A stretch of DNA of 14,259 bases from a bacterium. Its GTDB lineage: Bacteria; Zhuqueibacterota; Zhuqueibacteria; Zhuqueibacterales; Zhuqueibacteraceae. Both the position numbers and the translations under genes were made by a program. Positions 1 to 8,042 of the stretch are shown piece after piece. The notes beneath the pieces were generated by a model that did no database searches, was not told where the DNA came from, and saw only the letters and a list, made by a program, of their open reading frames with translations. Every line of letters begins with the position of its first letter. The stretch's first letter is position 1. The stretch is from contig JBIOXB010000133.1 of assembly GCA_044869275.1 (NCBI GenBank), positions 1-14,259 on the forward strand. The letters are read 5' to 3'.

Positions 1-280
1 TGCTGGCGTTGAAATTTCCGGCGCGCAAGCGATACCAATACGTTCCCGAAGGCGCCCACTGCCCTTGCTCGTCCTTGCCATCCCAGATGATCTCGTAGGT
101 GCCAGGCAAGCGTGCATCTGAGAGCAAGTGGCGGACAATCTGGCCAGCAATATTGTAAATTGCAAGCTCAACTTTCACGAACTGCGTGCCCGGCAAATCG
201 AAGCGGATCATGGTGTGTGCGGCCGCCGTTTTTGCCGCCAGCGGATTGGGATAGTTTTGATACAAGGAAAATGCTCTCGG
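1..280 (-). other. C-terminal FlgD-Ig / T9SS-type sorting domain of the large protein (last few residues outside window)
   Basis: PRAFSLYQNYPNP...TMIRFDLP...VKVELAIYNIAGQIVRHL...GTYEIIWDGKDEQG...SGTYWYRLRAG. Confidence 0.9.
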
Positions 281-3200
281 CGCCGCGGTAGCGGTGGAAG
301 TGCCGTGCACGCCCGCCTGTACTTCGGCGTGGCGCAAATCATCCACAAAATCGGAGGCAGAAAAATCCGCAGCTGACACGGCTTCGCCTTTTGCGACATA
401 TAAAACGTGGAATAGCTCGCCGCCGGCAGTGGATAAAATCGCCTGCGTATGAAAACCGCCCACGAGAATTTCGCCGCTCGCTAGCGCCGCGCCTTCCAGT
501 TTCACCCAATCTCCGGTCAACGCCGCGCGTTCGATACCCACGAATTCGAGCCGGTCCGCGGGATATGCGAAACGCATGCCGAACGCTTGCAGACCTTGCG
601 GATTATCCGCTCGCACCGCGACTTTCACCACCTCGGGCAAATTCGAATTGGGCGGCGGCAATACCACGCGCGGCTGCCACGTCAAGCGATAGGGTTCTGT
701 GCGCGCGATTGCTTTCGCGGGGCCGGTACGCGCAAAACAATCCTGCGGCGCGCCGCCGCGAAGATAACGATTGAAAATTTCAAACGCATCCCCGGGAGTG
801 ACGGCGCCATCGCAATTCACATCGGCTGCGGTCAACTCGCAATCAAACTCCGGGGCATCGCAAGAGGCCGGCACCGTGCCCGCGTTCAAGAAAATATTGA
901 AGGCGCAAAACGCGTCACCCGGGGTCAAAGTCAAGTCGCTGTTGACGTCGCCGTCGTGCGCGCAGCTCGTGCAGATAAACTCGTTGCAGCAACCGGTCAG
1001 CCCGGCGACATCGTCGGTGAGGCCGGTGATTTGAATCTCGCTGCTGGCGTCGGCGTCACAAGCGACGGTAAAACACAAGCGCAACAGCACGCCGCTGCTG
1101 TTGGCGGGTATGGCCGTGGTGCCAAAGCCGCCACAGATGATCACGCCCGAGCCGGGAGGAGTTTGGCGGGCCTCCTTGGTGACGAAATTTTGCGTCAAGT
1201 CGCCCGCTGTGAAGCTGGTGAAGGCCAGGTGTGCGGGGTTGACTTTGACTTGAAAACCAAAAGCGCCGATAGGCTGGGTATTTTGTTGCACGCGAATATC
1301 GACGCAGATCGTGCTGGCATCACGGCCGGAAATCGGCTCGCCAGCATTTGCGCCGCCCGCGCGCACCGGAAAAATGACGGGTCCGGCGCACGCGGAAGGT
1401 AAACACGGCGGATTGTCAGGATATGTCCGGGTTCTTGTATTGTTCACTTCACTGTATTCCAAAACGTTGTTGTTCACGTCCACCACCCCCTGAATGATGT
1501 TGCTACCCGCGGGCCACGTCAAGGGGGTAATGCACACAGTGGTAAATGGAGGGCCAGGCTCGGGGCCTGCGGTGGTAATCACTTGCCCGCAGAGCACAGT
1601 TCCGTTTAGACGGATTTCGACAAGAAAATTGCCAGCGCTTCCGTCACCGGTATTTCGCCAATTGAAATGTGCGTAGTATTGCTGTCCTGCGACGGGGTGA
1701 TCTATTTCCGAACCGGAATTTATGCCAGTTCGGAGAGATAGGTCAGAAGCAACCAAATCGGCTCGGCGCTGTGAGGTAGGAACTGCAATTAGCGAATATT
1801 CACCCAGACGCAGGTAATCGAGATTTTCATAGTGCGCGTCCTCGATGCGATAGCCGCGATCGCCGCCATCGGTGACCACGCCCCAGCGCGAGGGATGCAA
1901 TGGCAGCCAGCCCTCCGGCGTGCCGTCTTCAAAGTTATCAAACACCGTGCAAGTGCCGCCCGTGCCTGGCTTGAGGCAGATCTCATCCCAAATCGCCGAA
2001 TCATTGAATGACCCCAGGCCCATCCCGCCGCTGCCATATTCCGCGTCCGTGGCCGTGCCCAAAAGCGCGCCGTCCCAATAGACCTGCAAGTTTCCGCCGG
2101 AGCGGCGCAGGAGCACAGTGTGATAGCTGTTGTCGGAAATGACGAACGCGCCGAGATCACCGACCAAGATGCGCTCACGCTCGCGCACTTTATAAACGCG
2201 CGTTTCATTCAGCCCGCGATTGAACATGACGTAGTAGTAATGGCGCTCGTCTTGATAGCCGTACACAAAGCAAATATCCGCGCCGCCGTTGTTGCTGAGA
2301 TTTTCCGTGGACCGAGTCTGGGCCGTGAAGTCGAAGTCGCCAAAACTCTGAAAACCGAATACGCGGCTGGCGGTGTTGTTGTTCTCCGTGGGTTCGGCCA
2401 GATGGCTGTGCACGTCGAGCGCGCCTTCAATCACGCCACCGCCGGAAGGCCATTGAATGGGCGCGTCGCACCACACCGTACGGGAAGCTCCCGCAGGTGC
2501 GGTGACGGAGCTCACCCCGCAGATTTCGGCGCCATTGAAATATATGGCATAGCGAAACCCTGAAGCTGCACCGCCGAGATTGCTCCAATCAAAATGAATA
2601 TAGTATTGCTGTCCGGCTACAGGATTGGCGACTTCGGCGCCCGAGTTGGGACCGGTACGCAGGTAAACGCGGCTGGCCGACAAATCTGGCGGTGGCGTGG
2701 CGTCGCCCGGCCCAATCTGAATGCTGAAGGTGCTCGTCCAGGGCCCGCCGTTAGCCGCGCTGATGGTCATGGTGAAAAGGGCTGTTCGGGTTTGACTGAG
2801 CCCGGAGTTGACGCTGAAACCGAAATTGCTGCTGCTTTCGGCGGCGAGGCCGCCCGGAATGTCTGGCCAGAGATTGGAATTGTCAAAGATGGTGACGTCA
2901 GAATCCGACGTTGAAAGTAACGCGCTGACGCCGCTCGCAGTCAGTTCTCCTTGATTGCGCACGCTGACGACCAATTCGACGCGCTCGCCACCCTCGGCGC
3001 GGCCGTCGCCATCGCCAGTACTCGCGCCGGAGGAATTGTCATCAATTAGATGCGAGGAATAAACCAGTGGCCCGACCTCACCGGAGCCTTCCAGACATCC
3101 GCTCACGGAAACATCATCGAAGCAGGCCGTGCTTTGGTACGAGCCGAATCCGATCAGCCCGCTCATGAAAGTGCCGTCGGTGGGCGAAAACAACAGCCGG

Positions 3201-5800
3201 GAATCGGCCAGCACGCGAATGTTCTGCCCCTGCCGCTCGATGCGAATCGTATGGTAATTATTGTCGCTGGGATAACTGCCGGCAGTTGTGGCGATAACGA
3301 CAGCATTGCCGCCCACACTGCGAAACAAATCCACCGTGCTGGGAGTGAAACGCAAGTAATAACTGTCCTCCGTACTGTTTGGAAAATCTTGCACGCCAAA
3401 AATGACAAAGAAGTTCTTGTTGGAAGTGGCCGACGAGCGCACGCGCAGTTCCAAAGTGAAGTCCCGCCAGCGGCCGGCGGCCAGCACGCTATACTCGTCG
3501 CCGCCGGGATTGCCTGACCTGATGCAAAAGGCGGGATTGCCGTTGACCGGATCCACGCCCCAGTTTGAGATGACGCGCGGCAGCCAGCCGTCAAAGTTAT
3601 TGTCGGAAAAATTATCGGCGAGGGTGGCGGGTTGACATTCACCACCGTCGCCAATATTGACAAGATGAACGCCATGGGTAGTGGCCACACCGAAATTATC
3701 CACCGCGCGAATGTAATATTCCACGTCCGCGAGCGTTACCGCGCTGGCGGGAATCGTGCCAGTGTAGTTATTGCCGCCGGCATTGGTCATGCTCTGCTGT
3801 GTGAATAGCAGCGTGCCGAAAACGCGAAAGTACAACTCTACGGTCGTGATGAAATTGGTATTATCCTGCACTATGCAACTAATGGCAATGGCATTGCCGG
3901 TTGCGCCGCTGGTAATTGCGGTGTGGATAATTTGCGGTGGTTGGTTTGGCAATACTGCAATCTGATAAGGAGACGCAGCGGCATTCACGGCCGGATCCGA
4001 CGAAGTGACCTGGCCATCCGTGGCTGTGAGGTAATAATCGATTCCGGGTGGCTGTACCGCTCCACCCAAAATGGCGGCTTGGTAAATATTGCCGCTGCCG
4101 CGGGCCATCGCTGTGGAGAAGTAGGCTGGATCTCCCGTCCTGCGGTAGAACAGGGTCGCACTTTGCGTGAAGGGTGCCACGGGGTCCGTGATCTCGGCGG
4201 CGATGGTAAGGCTGGATCCTGCGATCTGTGCCGAACTGCTCAGGCCGATGGTCGCCGGCGTGCGCACGATGCGTGGCGCGACGCATGGAATATAGCTGCC
4301 ATTGGCTGTCGTGGAGCTGCCAGCGTGCGTGACAGTGACGGCGACATTTCTCGTCACCCCGTCGCAGGAGGGATTGCTGGAACGATAACTGACAATGTAA
4401 GTTCGCGCAACAATTTCAGTAATATCATCGAGAATTGTGTTGAAAGGGCTGGTGACGTTGAAGAACTCTCCGCCCGTGGCATTCGTAATGCTGCCCACGC
4501 CGACATATTGCGGGTCTTCAATGGCGACAGCATAACAGTTGACACCTGCGTTCGCCATGAACGTGTTGATTTGGCTCAGAGACGGCGGCGGCGGAGTGAC
4601 ATAAGAAGGCGCGGGTGGAACATGGCTGGGTGCGTCCGTGATGAGGATGAAAATCTTTTGTGCGCCGGGGCGAAACGAAAAGGAGCTCAGCGCTACATTC
4701 AGGGCGCCAAACGAATTCTCCGGAATATCTCCGCCGGCGCTGGCACCCAAGGCATTGATCCAGCTTTGATATTGGCTGATGTTTTGCGTCAAAATGCCGC
4801 TGTTGTAGAGGGAGACGTCATCTTTGAACGTCACCAGTCCAAGCGCGTAGTTGATGCTTCTCGTTTGCAGCGCGGTGAGAAAGTTGTTGACATTGTTGCG
4901 CACGGCCGCGATCTCCTCGGCCATGCTGCCGGTGTCGTCGATCAAAAAGATGATATCCGCGAGGCGAACGCCGCCACCGGCGTCGGGTGGAGTCACTGAA
5001 AAAAAGTCCGTCTGCAGCACGCCGTTTTCACGCGCGACGAAATTGTGCTGCGCCAGAATGGGAAGGCCCTCCCCGATCACTTCTACGTTCATATACGTAA
5101 ATGGAAAATTTTGACTGTTGAGATTTCTTATGATTGCGCTGAATGCGGAGCTGGTGGTCTGCGCGATTGCTGCAGAGCTGATGTGCCAGCCCGCATAAGC
5201 GTTACTGGCGTCCGAGACGAGATGAAAGGCGAGCCGGATTTCACGACGGGCAAACGGGGTCAAGTCAATCTCATGTTCGCGGCCGTCATTCTTGCCGTCG
5301 CGCGCGCTCAACGTGATCCAGGTCAGACCGTCATCGAGCGAGACTTTGACATACCCGAAATCATAGCCGCTTTCGAGCTCAAACCGCTCATGCAAATGCA
5401 GCGTAAAACGTGTCCCAAACTGAGGGGCAAGAAGCGTGAGGCGCGGGCTGATGGCCCAATCGTCTGCCTGATTGGAGTATGGCGCAGACGAGTTGCTGAT
5501 GGCCAGCGACGACACCGGCTTGCTGTTCGGCTGCGCGAGAACCTGTTGTGGCACCGTCCACCCGCCAGTTATTCGCCAGCCCGGTGCGCCAGCTGAAAAG
5601 GTTTCACGAGATATGATCTCGCGGCTGTCATCCTCGCGAGTCTGCGAAAGGGGAATGGCTGGTGTTGCCAGTAACGATCCCTTGGGCAAGTGTTGCGATG
5701 CTTCTTGCGCCCCCGCTGTTGCGATCGTGAAGAGCAAGGCCAGCATTGTCGTTGCGCATGGCCTGGCGCGCAGGTACTGCGTCGTCGAAAAAGCACTCAT
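1..5800 (-). CDS. Large secreted multidomain surface/adhesin-like protein (>=1933 aa, 3' end just outside window): VWA, ConA-like x2, CARDB x2, cohesin x2, dockerin, FlgD-Ig/T9SS-like C-terminal domain
   Basis: Manual translation from the ATG at 5800 (AGGAGG at 5810-5805) found no stop down to base 2. It begins with a signal peptide, MSAFSTTQYLRARPCATTMLALLFTIATAGA|QE. Motifs: ESGYDFGYVKVSLDDGLTW (beta-sandwich), DIIFLIDDTGSM...GGDIPE...IFILITDAP (VWA), GDVNSDLTLTPGD/ADVNCDGAVTPGD (dockerin), FSLYQNYPNP...IYNIAGQIVR...WDGKDEQGQWAPSGTYWYRL (FlgD-Ig/CTD). Confidence 0.95.
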   Translation of the reverse strand, partial: MSAFSTTQYLRARPCATTMLALLFTIATAGAQEASQHLPKGSLLATPAIPLSQTREDDSREIISRETFSAGAPGWRITGGWTVPQQVLAQPNSKPVSSLAISNSSAPYSNQADDWAISPRLTLLAPQFGTRFTLHLHERFELESGYDFGYVKVSLDDGLTWITLSARDGKNDGREHEIDLTPFARREIRLAFHLVSDASNAYAGWHISSAAIAQTTSSAFSAIIRNLNSQNFPFTYMNVEVIGEGLPILAQHNFVARENGVLQTDFFSVTPPDAGGGVRLADIIFLIDDTGSMAEEIAAVRNNVNNFLTALQTRSINYALGLVTFKDDVSLYNSGILTQNISQYQSWINALGASAGGDIPENSFGALNVALSSFSFRPGAQKIFILITDAPSHVPPAPSYVTPPPPSLSQINTFMANAGVNCYAVAIEDPQYVGVGSITNATGGEFFNVTSPFNTILDDITEIVARTYIVSYRSSNPSCDGVTRNVAVTVTHAGSSTTANGSYIPCVAPRIVRTPATIGLSSSAQIAGSSLTIAAEITDPVAPFTQSATLFYRRTGDPAYFSTAMARGSGNIYQAAILGGAVQPPGIDYYLTATDGQVTSSDPAVNAAASPYQIAVLPNQPPQIIHTAITSGATGNAIAISCIVQDNTNFITTVELYFRVFGTLLFTQQSMTNAGGNNYTGTIPASAVTLADVEYYIRAVDNFGVATTHGVHLVNIGDGGECQPATLADNFSDNNFDGWLPRVISNWGVDPVNGNPAFCIRSGNPGGDEYSVLAAGRWRDFTLELRVRSSATSNKNFFVIFGVQDFPNSTEDSYYLRFTPSTVDLFRSVGGNAVVIATTAGSYPSDNNYHTIRIERQGQNIRVLADSRLLFSPTDGTFMSGLIGFGSYQSTACFDDVSVSGCLEGSGEVGPLVYSSHLIDDNSSGASTGDGDGRAEGGERVELVVSVRNQGELTASGVSALLSTSDSDVTIFDNSNLWPDIPGGLAAESSSNFGFSVNSGLSQTRTALFTMTISAANGGPWTSTFSIQIGPGDATPPPDLSASRVYLRTGPNSGAEVANPVAGQQYYIHFDWSNLGGAASGFRYAIYFNGAEICGVSSVTAPAGASRTVWCDAPIQWPSGGGVIEGALDVHSHLAEPTENNNTASRVFGFQSFGDFDFTAQTRSTENLSNNGGADICFVYGYQDERHYYYVMFNRGLNETRVYKVRERERILVGDLGAFVISDNSYHTVLLRRSGGNLQVYWDGALLGTATDAEYGSGGMGLGSFNDSAIWDEICLKPGTGGTCTVFDNFEDGTPEGWLPLHPSRWGVVTDGGDRGYRIEDAHYENLDYLRLGEYSLIAVPTSQRRADLVASDLSLRTGINSGSEIDHPVAGQQYYAHFNWRNTGDGSAGNFLVEIRLNGTVLCGQVITTAGPEPGPPFTTVCITPLTWPAGSNIIQGVVDVNNNVLEYSEVNNTRTRTYPDNPPCLPSACAGPVIFPVRAGGANAGEPISGRDASTICVDIRVQQNTQPIGAFGFQVKVNPAHLAFTSFTAGDLTQNFVTKEARQTPPGSGVIICGGFGTTAIPANSSGVLLRLCFTVACDADASSEIQITGLTDDVAGLTGCCNEFICTSCAHDGDVNSDLTLTPGDAFCAFNIFLNAGTVPASCDAPEFDCELTAADVNCDGAVTPGDAFEIFNRYLRGGAPQDCFARTGPAKAIARTEPYRLTWQPRVVLPPPNSNLPEVVKVAVRADNPQGLQAFGMRFAYPADRLEFVGIERAALTGDWVKLEGAALASGEILVGGFHTQAILSTAGGELFHVLYVAKGEAVSAADFSASDFVDDLRHAEVQAGVHGTSTATAAPRAFSLYQNYPNPLAAKTAAAHTMIRFDLPGTQFVKVELAIYNIAGQIVRHLLSDARLPGTYEIIWDGKDEQGQWAPSGTYWYRLRAGNFNAS
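320..1320 (-). other. Cohesin - dockerin - cohesin block of the large protein (cohesin ~1320-990, dockerin ~955-735, cohesin ~640-320)
   Basis: Cohesin-like VDIRV...IGAFGFQVKVNPAHLAF...GDLT...GVLLRLCFTV and VKVAVRA...LQAFGMRFAYPADRLEFVGI...GELFHV. Two EF-like dockerin loops at 949-914 and 823-788. Confidence 0.8.
1421..2689 (-). repeat. Two homologous CARDB-like domains (2689-2357 and 1762-1421) flanking a ConA-like domain
   Basis: PDLSASRVYLRTGPNSGAEVANPVAGQQYYIHFDWSN...EPTENNN versus ADLVASDLSLRTGINSGSEIDHPVAGQQYYAHFNWRN...EYSEVNN. The 14-mer tagtattgctgtcc is identical at 2601-2614 and 1674-1687. Confidence 0.8.
4270..5150 (-). other. VWA domain with MIDAS motif within the large protein
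   Basis: DDTGS at 4939-4925, then LGLVTFKD, GGDIPEN, FRPGAQKIFILITDAP, ATGGEFF. Confidence 0.9.
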
Positions 5801-5804
5801 AATT

Positions 5805-5810
5805 CCTCCT
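5805..5810 (-). promoter_or_regulatory. Shine-Dalgarno of the large gene
   Basis: AGGAGG-AATT-ATG on the minus strand. Confidence 0.8.
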
Positions 5811-5910
5811 GGCTCCAAAGAAAGATAAATGATGGGATGGGTTAAAAGGCTGTTAGGCGCGAACGGAACCTTGGCCGTATGCCCCAAAGGATGAGATGGC
5901 CGAAATATCG

Positions 5911-5926
5911 GACAAACGGCATGCCA
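5911..5926 (-). promoter_or_regulatory. Candidate sigma54 (-24/-12) promoter
   Basis: Minus strand TGGCATGCCGTTTGTC versus consensus TGGCACG-N4-TTGC. Spacing is correct, but the -12 element reads GT instead of GC. Confidence 0.4.
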
Positions 5927-6017
5927 CTATCAACGACAGAGAGTGAGATGCACGGCCATAAGTATTTTGAAATTAACCCATGAAAAGCCTCCGATCTACG
6001 ACACCTCAAACTTTCAA

Positions 6018-6103
6018 TGTTGCGCACATGCAACGGCGCTGGAGGCGCAAAACCTGCAAAGCGCGCTCCTGCAACGAATTGCTTCTGTTGCTCGAATGCA
6101 ACA
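6018..6103. promoter_or_regulatory. Two 18-bp palindromic sites TGTTGC-N6-GCAAC(A/G), candidate activator binding sites
   Basis: TGTTGCGCACATGCAACG (6018-6035) and TGTTGCTCGAATGCAACA (6086-6103). Confidence 0.55.
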
Positions 6104-6133
6104 TCCGGCGGCGTGGGGGCCTAAAAATCAAAA

Positions 6134-6604
6134 GTGGACTGGGGCAGTAACCACTACCGCATTATCAAACTCATCAACAATGGCGGAGTCGTGGTGAGTG
6201 AAGGTGGGGAAAAAGGCGTCTTCTGGCTTGATAACTTGTATCTTGCCCAATGGACGGATGTCGAATTGGGAAATCCTGGAAATGATTTTATCGGTTGCGA
6301 TACGACGCTGAATTTAGGATATGTTTATAATGGGAGGTCGATTGACGAAGAGTTTCGCAAATTCAAGCTTGCGCCTCCCGCGGTGGGGTATGCTCTGCTG
6401 CAAGGGCCGCGCATTTCCGTAACCGGCAGCAGCAGGGCGCTTTTTGATAGGAGAGCAATCAGCGCCTGGAGAAACCTGCCCATGACTTCATTCATTAATC
6501 ATCGCACTGGGGATCCGTTTGCTGAGCCCGGTGGGACGAATTATGAGCATACCACCCTGGTTTGGCACAAATTGTTGCGCTGCGCGTGGTTGAGCAAACA
6601 CTGA
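6134..6604 (+). pseudogene. Internal fragment of a large secreted (CTD-type) protein family
   Basis: LDNLYLAQWTDVELGNPGNDFIGCDTTLNLGYVYNG...PPAVGYALLQGP resembles, from memory, an internal segment of large secreted proteins of Ignavibacteria/Calditrichota/KSB1. No signal peptide, no good RBS, abrupt end. Confidence 0.6.
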
Positions 6605-6619
6605 GCCGGAAAATCGTGC

Positions 6620-7798
6620 TCATGCGATAGTTGCGCCGGAACGATCGCCGTTGCGTTCGTTTCCCGGATCAGGTGCGAAACCCGCCAGCAGGCCGATCAT
6701 GCCCCAAAACAGCATATCGCTGATGGGGTCGCCGATTAACCCGCCGAACAATCCAGCCAATGATACAGTCGTGAGGCCCGCCAGTAATGCTCTGGTTGCC
6801 GCTCGTGTTTCTGGCGAAGGCGATGACCGCAGGGCGATCCTGGCTCGGCCAAACGTTTTCCAAAGAATCCAGCCCAAGGCGAGCACGCTCACCAGCCCAC
6901 TTTCCACCCACAATTGCAAAACGAAGTTGTGCCACGCGCCGACGCCCCGGTCTTTGAGGCGATGGTGTTGATCAAACAAGAGATCAAAACTCGCCGGGCC
7001 ATAACCGAGCCAGGGACGGGCTTGCACGAGCTCCCATCCTTTCTGCCAAATCACAGGCCGGTCGCCCATGGCATACGGCCACAGGAAGACTTCGGCATAG
7101 CGCGTGCGAAAGGCGGGAATGATGGCCAATATCAGGCTGATGGTGGCGAGCAGGAGCAAAACTTGGCGGCGCGCGTGACTCCACAGCAGGCCTAATCCCA
7201 CCAGACACGACGCCACCCATGGTGCGCGGCAGAAAGTGAACGCCATGGCGACCAGCATGCTTGCCAAGCCCGGCAACCAGAGTTTTTTTGCGGCGAGAAT
7301 CCCGTTGATGAGCAAGGCCAGCCCGATCACAAAACCGGCAGCCAGGAGCATGGCTAAGGTCGTGGGACCGGAGGTCGTGGAATGCAAGCGCTGGAATCCC
7401 TGCATGCCGACCTGCATAAGGCCATAGACGCTGGCGATCGTGGCCGCGATCACAAAAGTGCGCAGCAACTTGATCACCTCCCGCGGCCCCTGCTGCGAGG
7501 CGAAAGCCGAAAGGGGAAAGAAGACGAGCACAAATGGAATCTTGCGCAATGCCACGAGGCTGGCGGCGGGCGACACCGCGGTGGCGATCGTCAACAAGCG
7601 CAGCAGGAAGAAAAGCAACAAGGGGCGATCCCAAGGCGTGCGGGCGTTGGGCGCACGACCACGGCGCCACAGCCACAATGCACCGAGGACAATCGCCAAA
7701 GTTTCGGCGAGAAAGGTGGAAAATATGAGAGAGGCAATCCAGCAATGCGCGACCAGGCGAAAAGTGCGGTGAAGCCGTTGCGAATGCAATTCTGTCAT
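6620..7798 (-). CDS. O-antigen ligase family (Wzy_C/WaaL-like) polytopic membrane protein
   Basis: About 10-12 hydrophobic segments, TFCRAPW, R..IW..G..L...RPWLGYGP..F and GAWHNFVLQLWVESG (HN motif). ATG at 7798 is preferred over TTG at 7807. Confidence 0.85.
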   Translation of the reverse strand: MTELHSQRLHRTFRLVAHCWIASLIFSTFLAETLAIVLGALWLWRRGRAPNARTPWDRPLLLFFLLRLLTIATAVSPAASLVALRKIPFVLVFFPLSAFASQQGPREVIKLLRTFVIAATIASVYGLMQVGMQGFQRLHSTTSGPTTLAMLLAAGFVIGLALLINGILAAKKLWLPGLASMLVAMAFTFCRAPWVASCLVGLGLLWSHARRQVLLLLATISLILAIIPAFRTRYAEVFLWPYAMGDRPVIWQKGWELVQARPWLGYGPASFDLLFDQHHRLKDRGVGAWHNFVLQLWVESGLVSVLALGWILWKTFGRARIALRSSPSPETRAATRALLAGLTTVSLAGLFGGLIGDPISDMLFWGMIGLLAGFAPDPGNERNGDRSGATIA

Positions 7799-7888
7799 GC
7801 AACTCAATGCGAGAATATGAGGGCTCGTAATGGAAAAACAAAGTTATATAAAAATCCTTTCTCACAAAAACAAGCGTTGAAAAATTGC

Positions 7889-7917
7889 TTGCTGTTTCTG
7901 AGATGATCGATTACCTT
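7889..7917 (+). promoter_or_regulatory. Possible sigma70-type promoter for the 8237-9553 operon
   Basis: TTGCTG-17 bp-TACCTT in an AT-rich divergent intergenic region. Confidence 0.25.
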
Positions 7918-7970
7918 GATTTTATGCGATTAACTTTTCAGACTCAGAATAAAATTCCAACTTTTTATCG

Positions 7971-8042
7971 CCAACGGATAGATTAAGACCAACTGATGAA
8001 AAGACTAAGAGTTCTATCCGTTGGAATTAATCTATCAGTTGG
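7971..8042. repeat. Imperfect inverted repeat whose arms are tandem 18-bp units CCAAC(G/T)GATAGATTAA (REP-like)
   Basis: Left arm CCAACGGATAGATTAAGACCAACTGATGAA; reverse complement of right arm CCAACTGATAGATTAATTCCAACGGATAGAA. Confidence 0.75.

Noticed and set aside
320..1320. Classical cellulosome scaffoldin
   Set aside because: No CBM3 or glycoside hydrolase nearby, only two cohesins, and a CTD-type export signal
128..5828. Many listed ORFs on both strands, e.g. 587-1402 (+) and 3923-4999 (+)
   Set aside because: Shadows or off-frame pieces of the single large minus-strand gene; no recognisable motifs
5810..6130. Cyclic-di-GMP or other riboswitch upstream of the adhesin-like gene
   Set aside because: I could not find the GEMM core motifs on the coding strand by eye; an Rfam scan would settle it
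6651..7906. Alternative ORFs overlapping the O-antigen ligase gene (e.g. 6984-7865 minus)
   Set aside because: Off-frame or antisense, with no protein-like features
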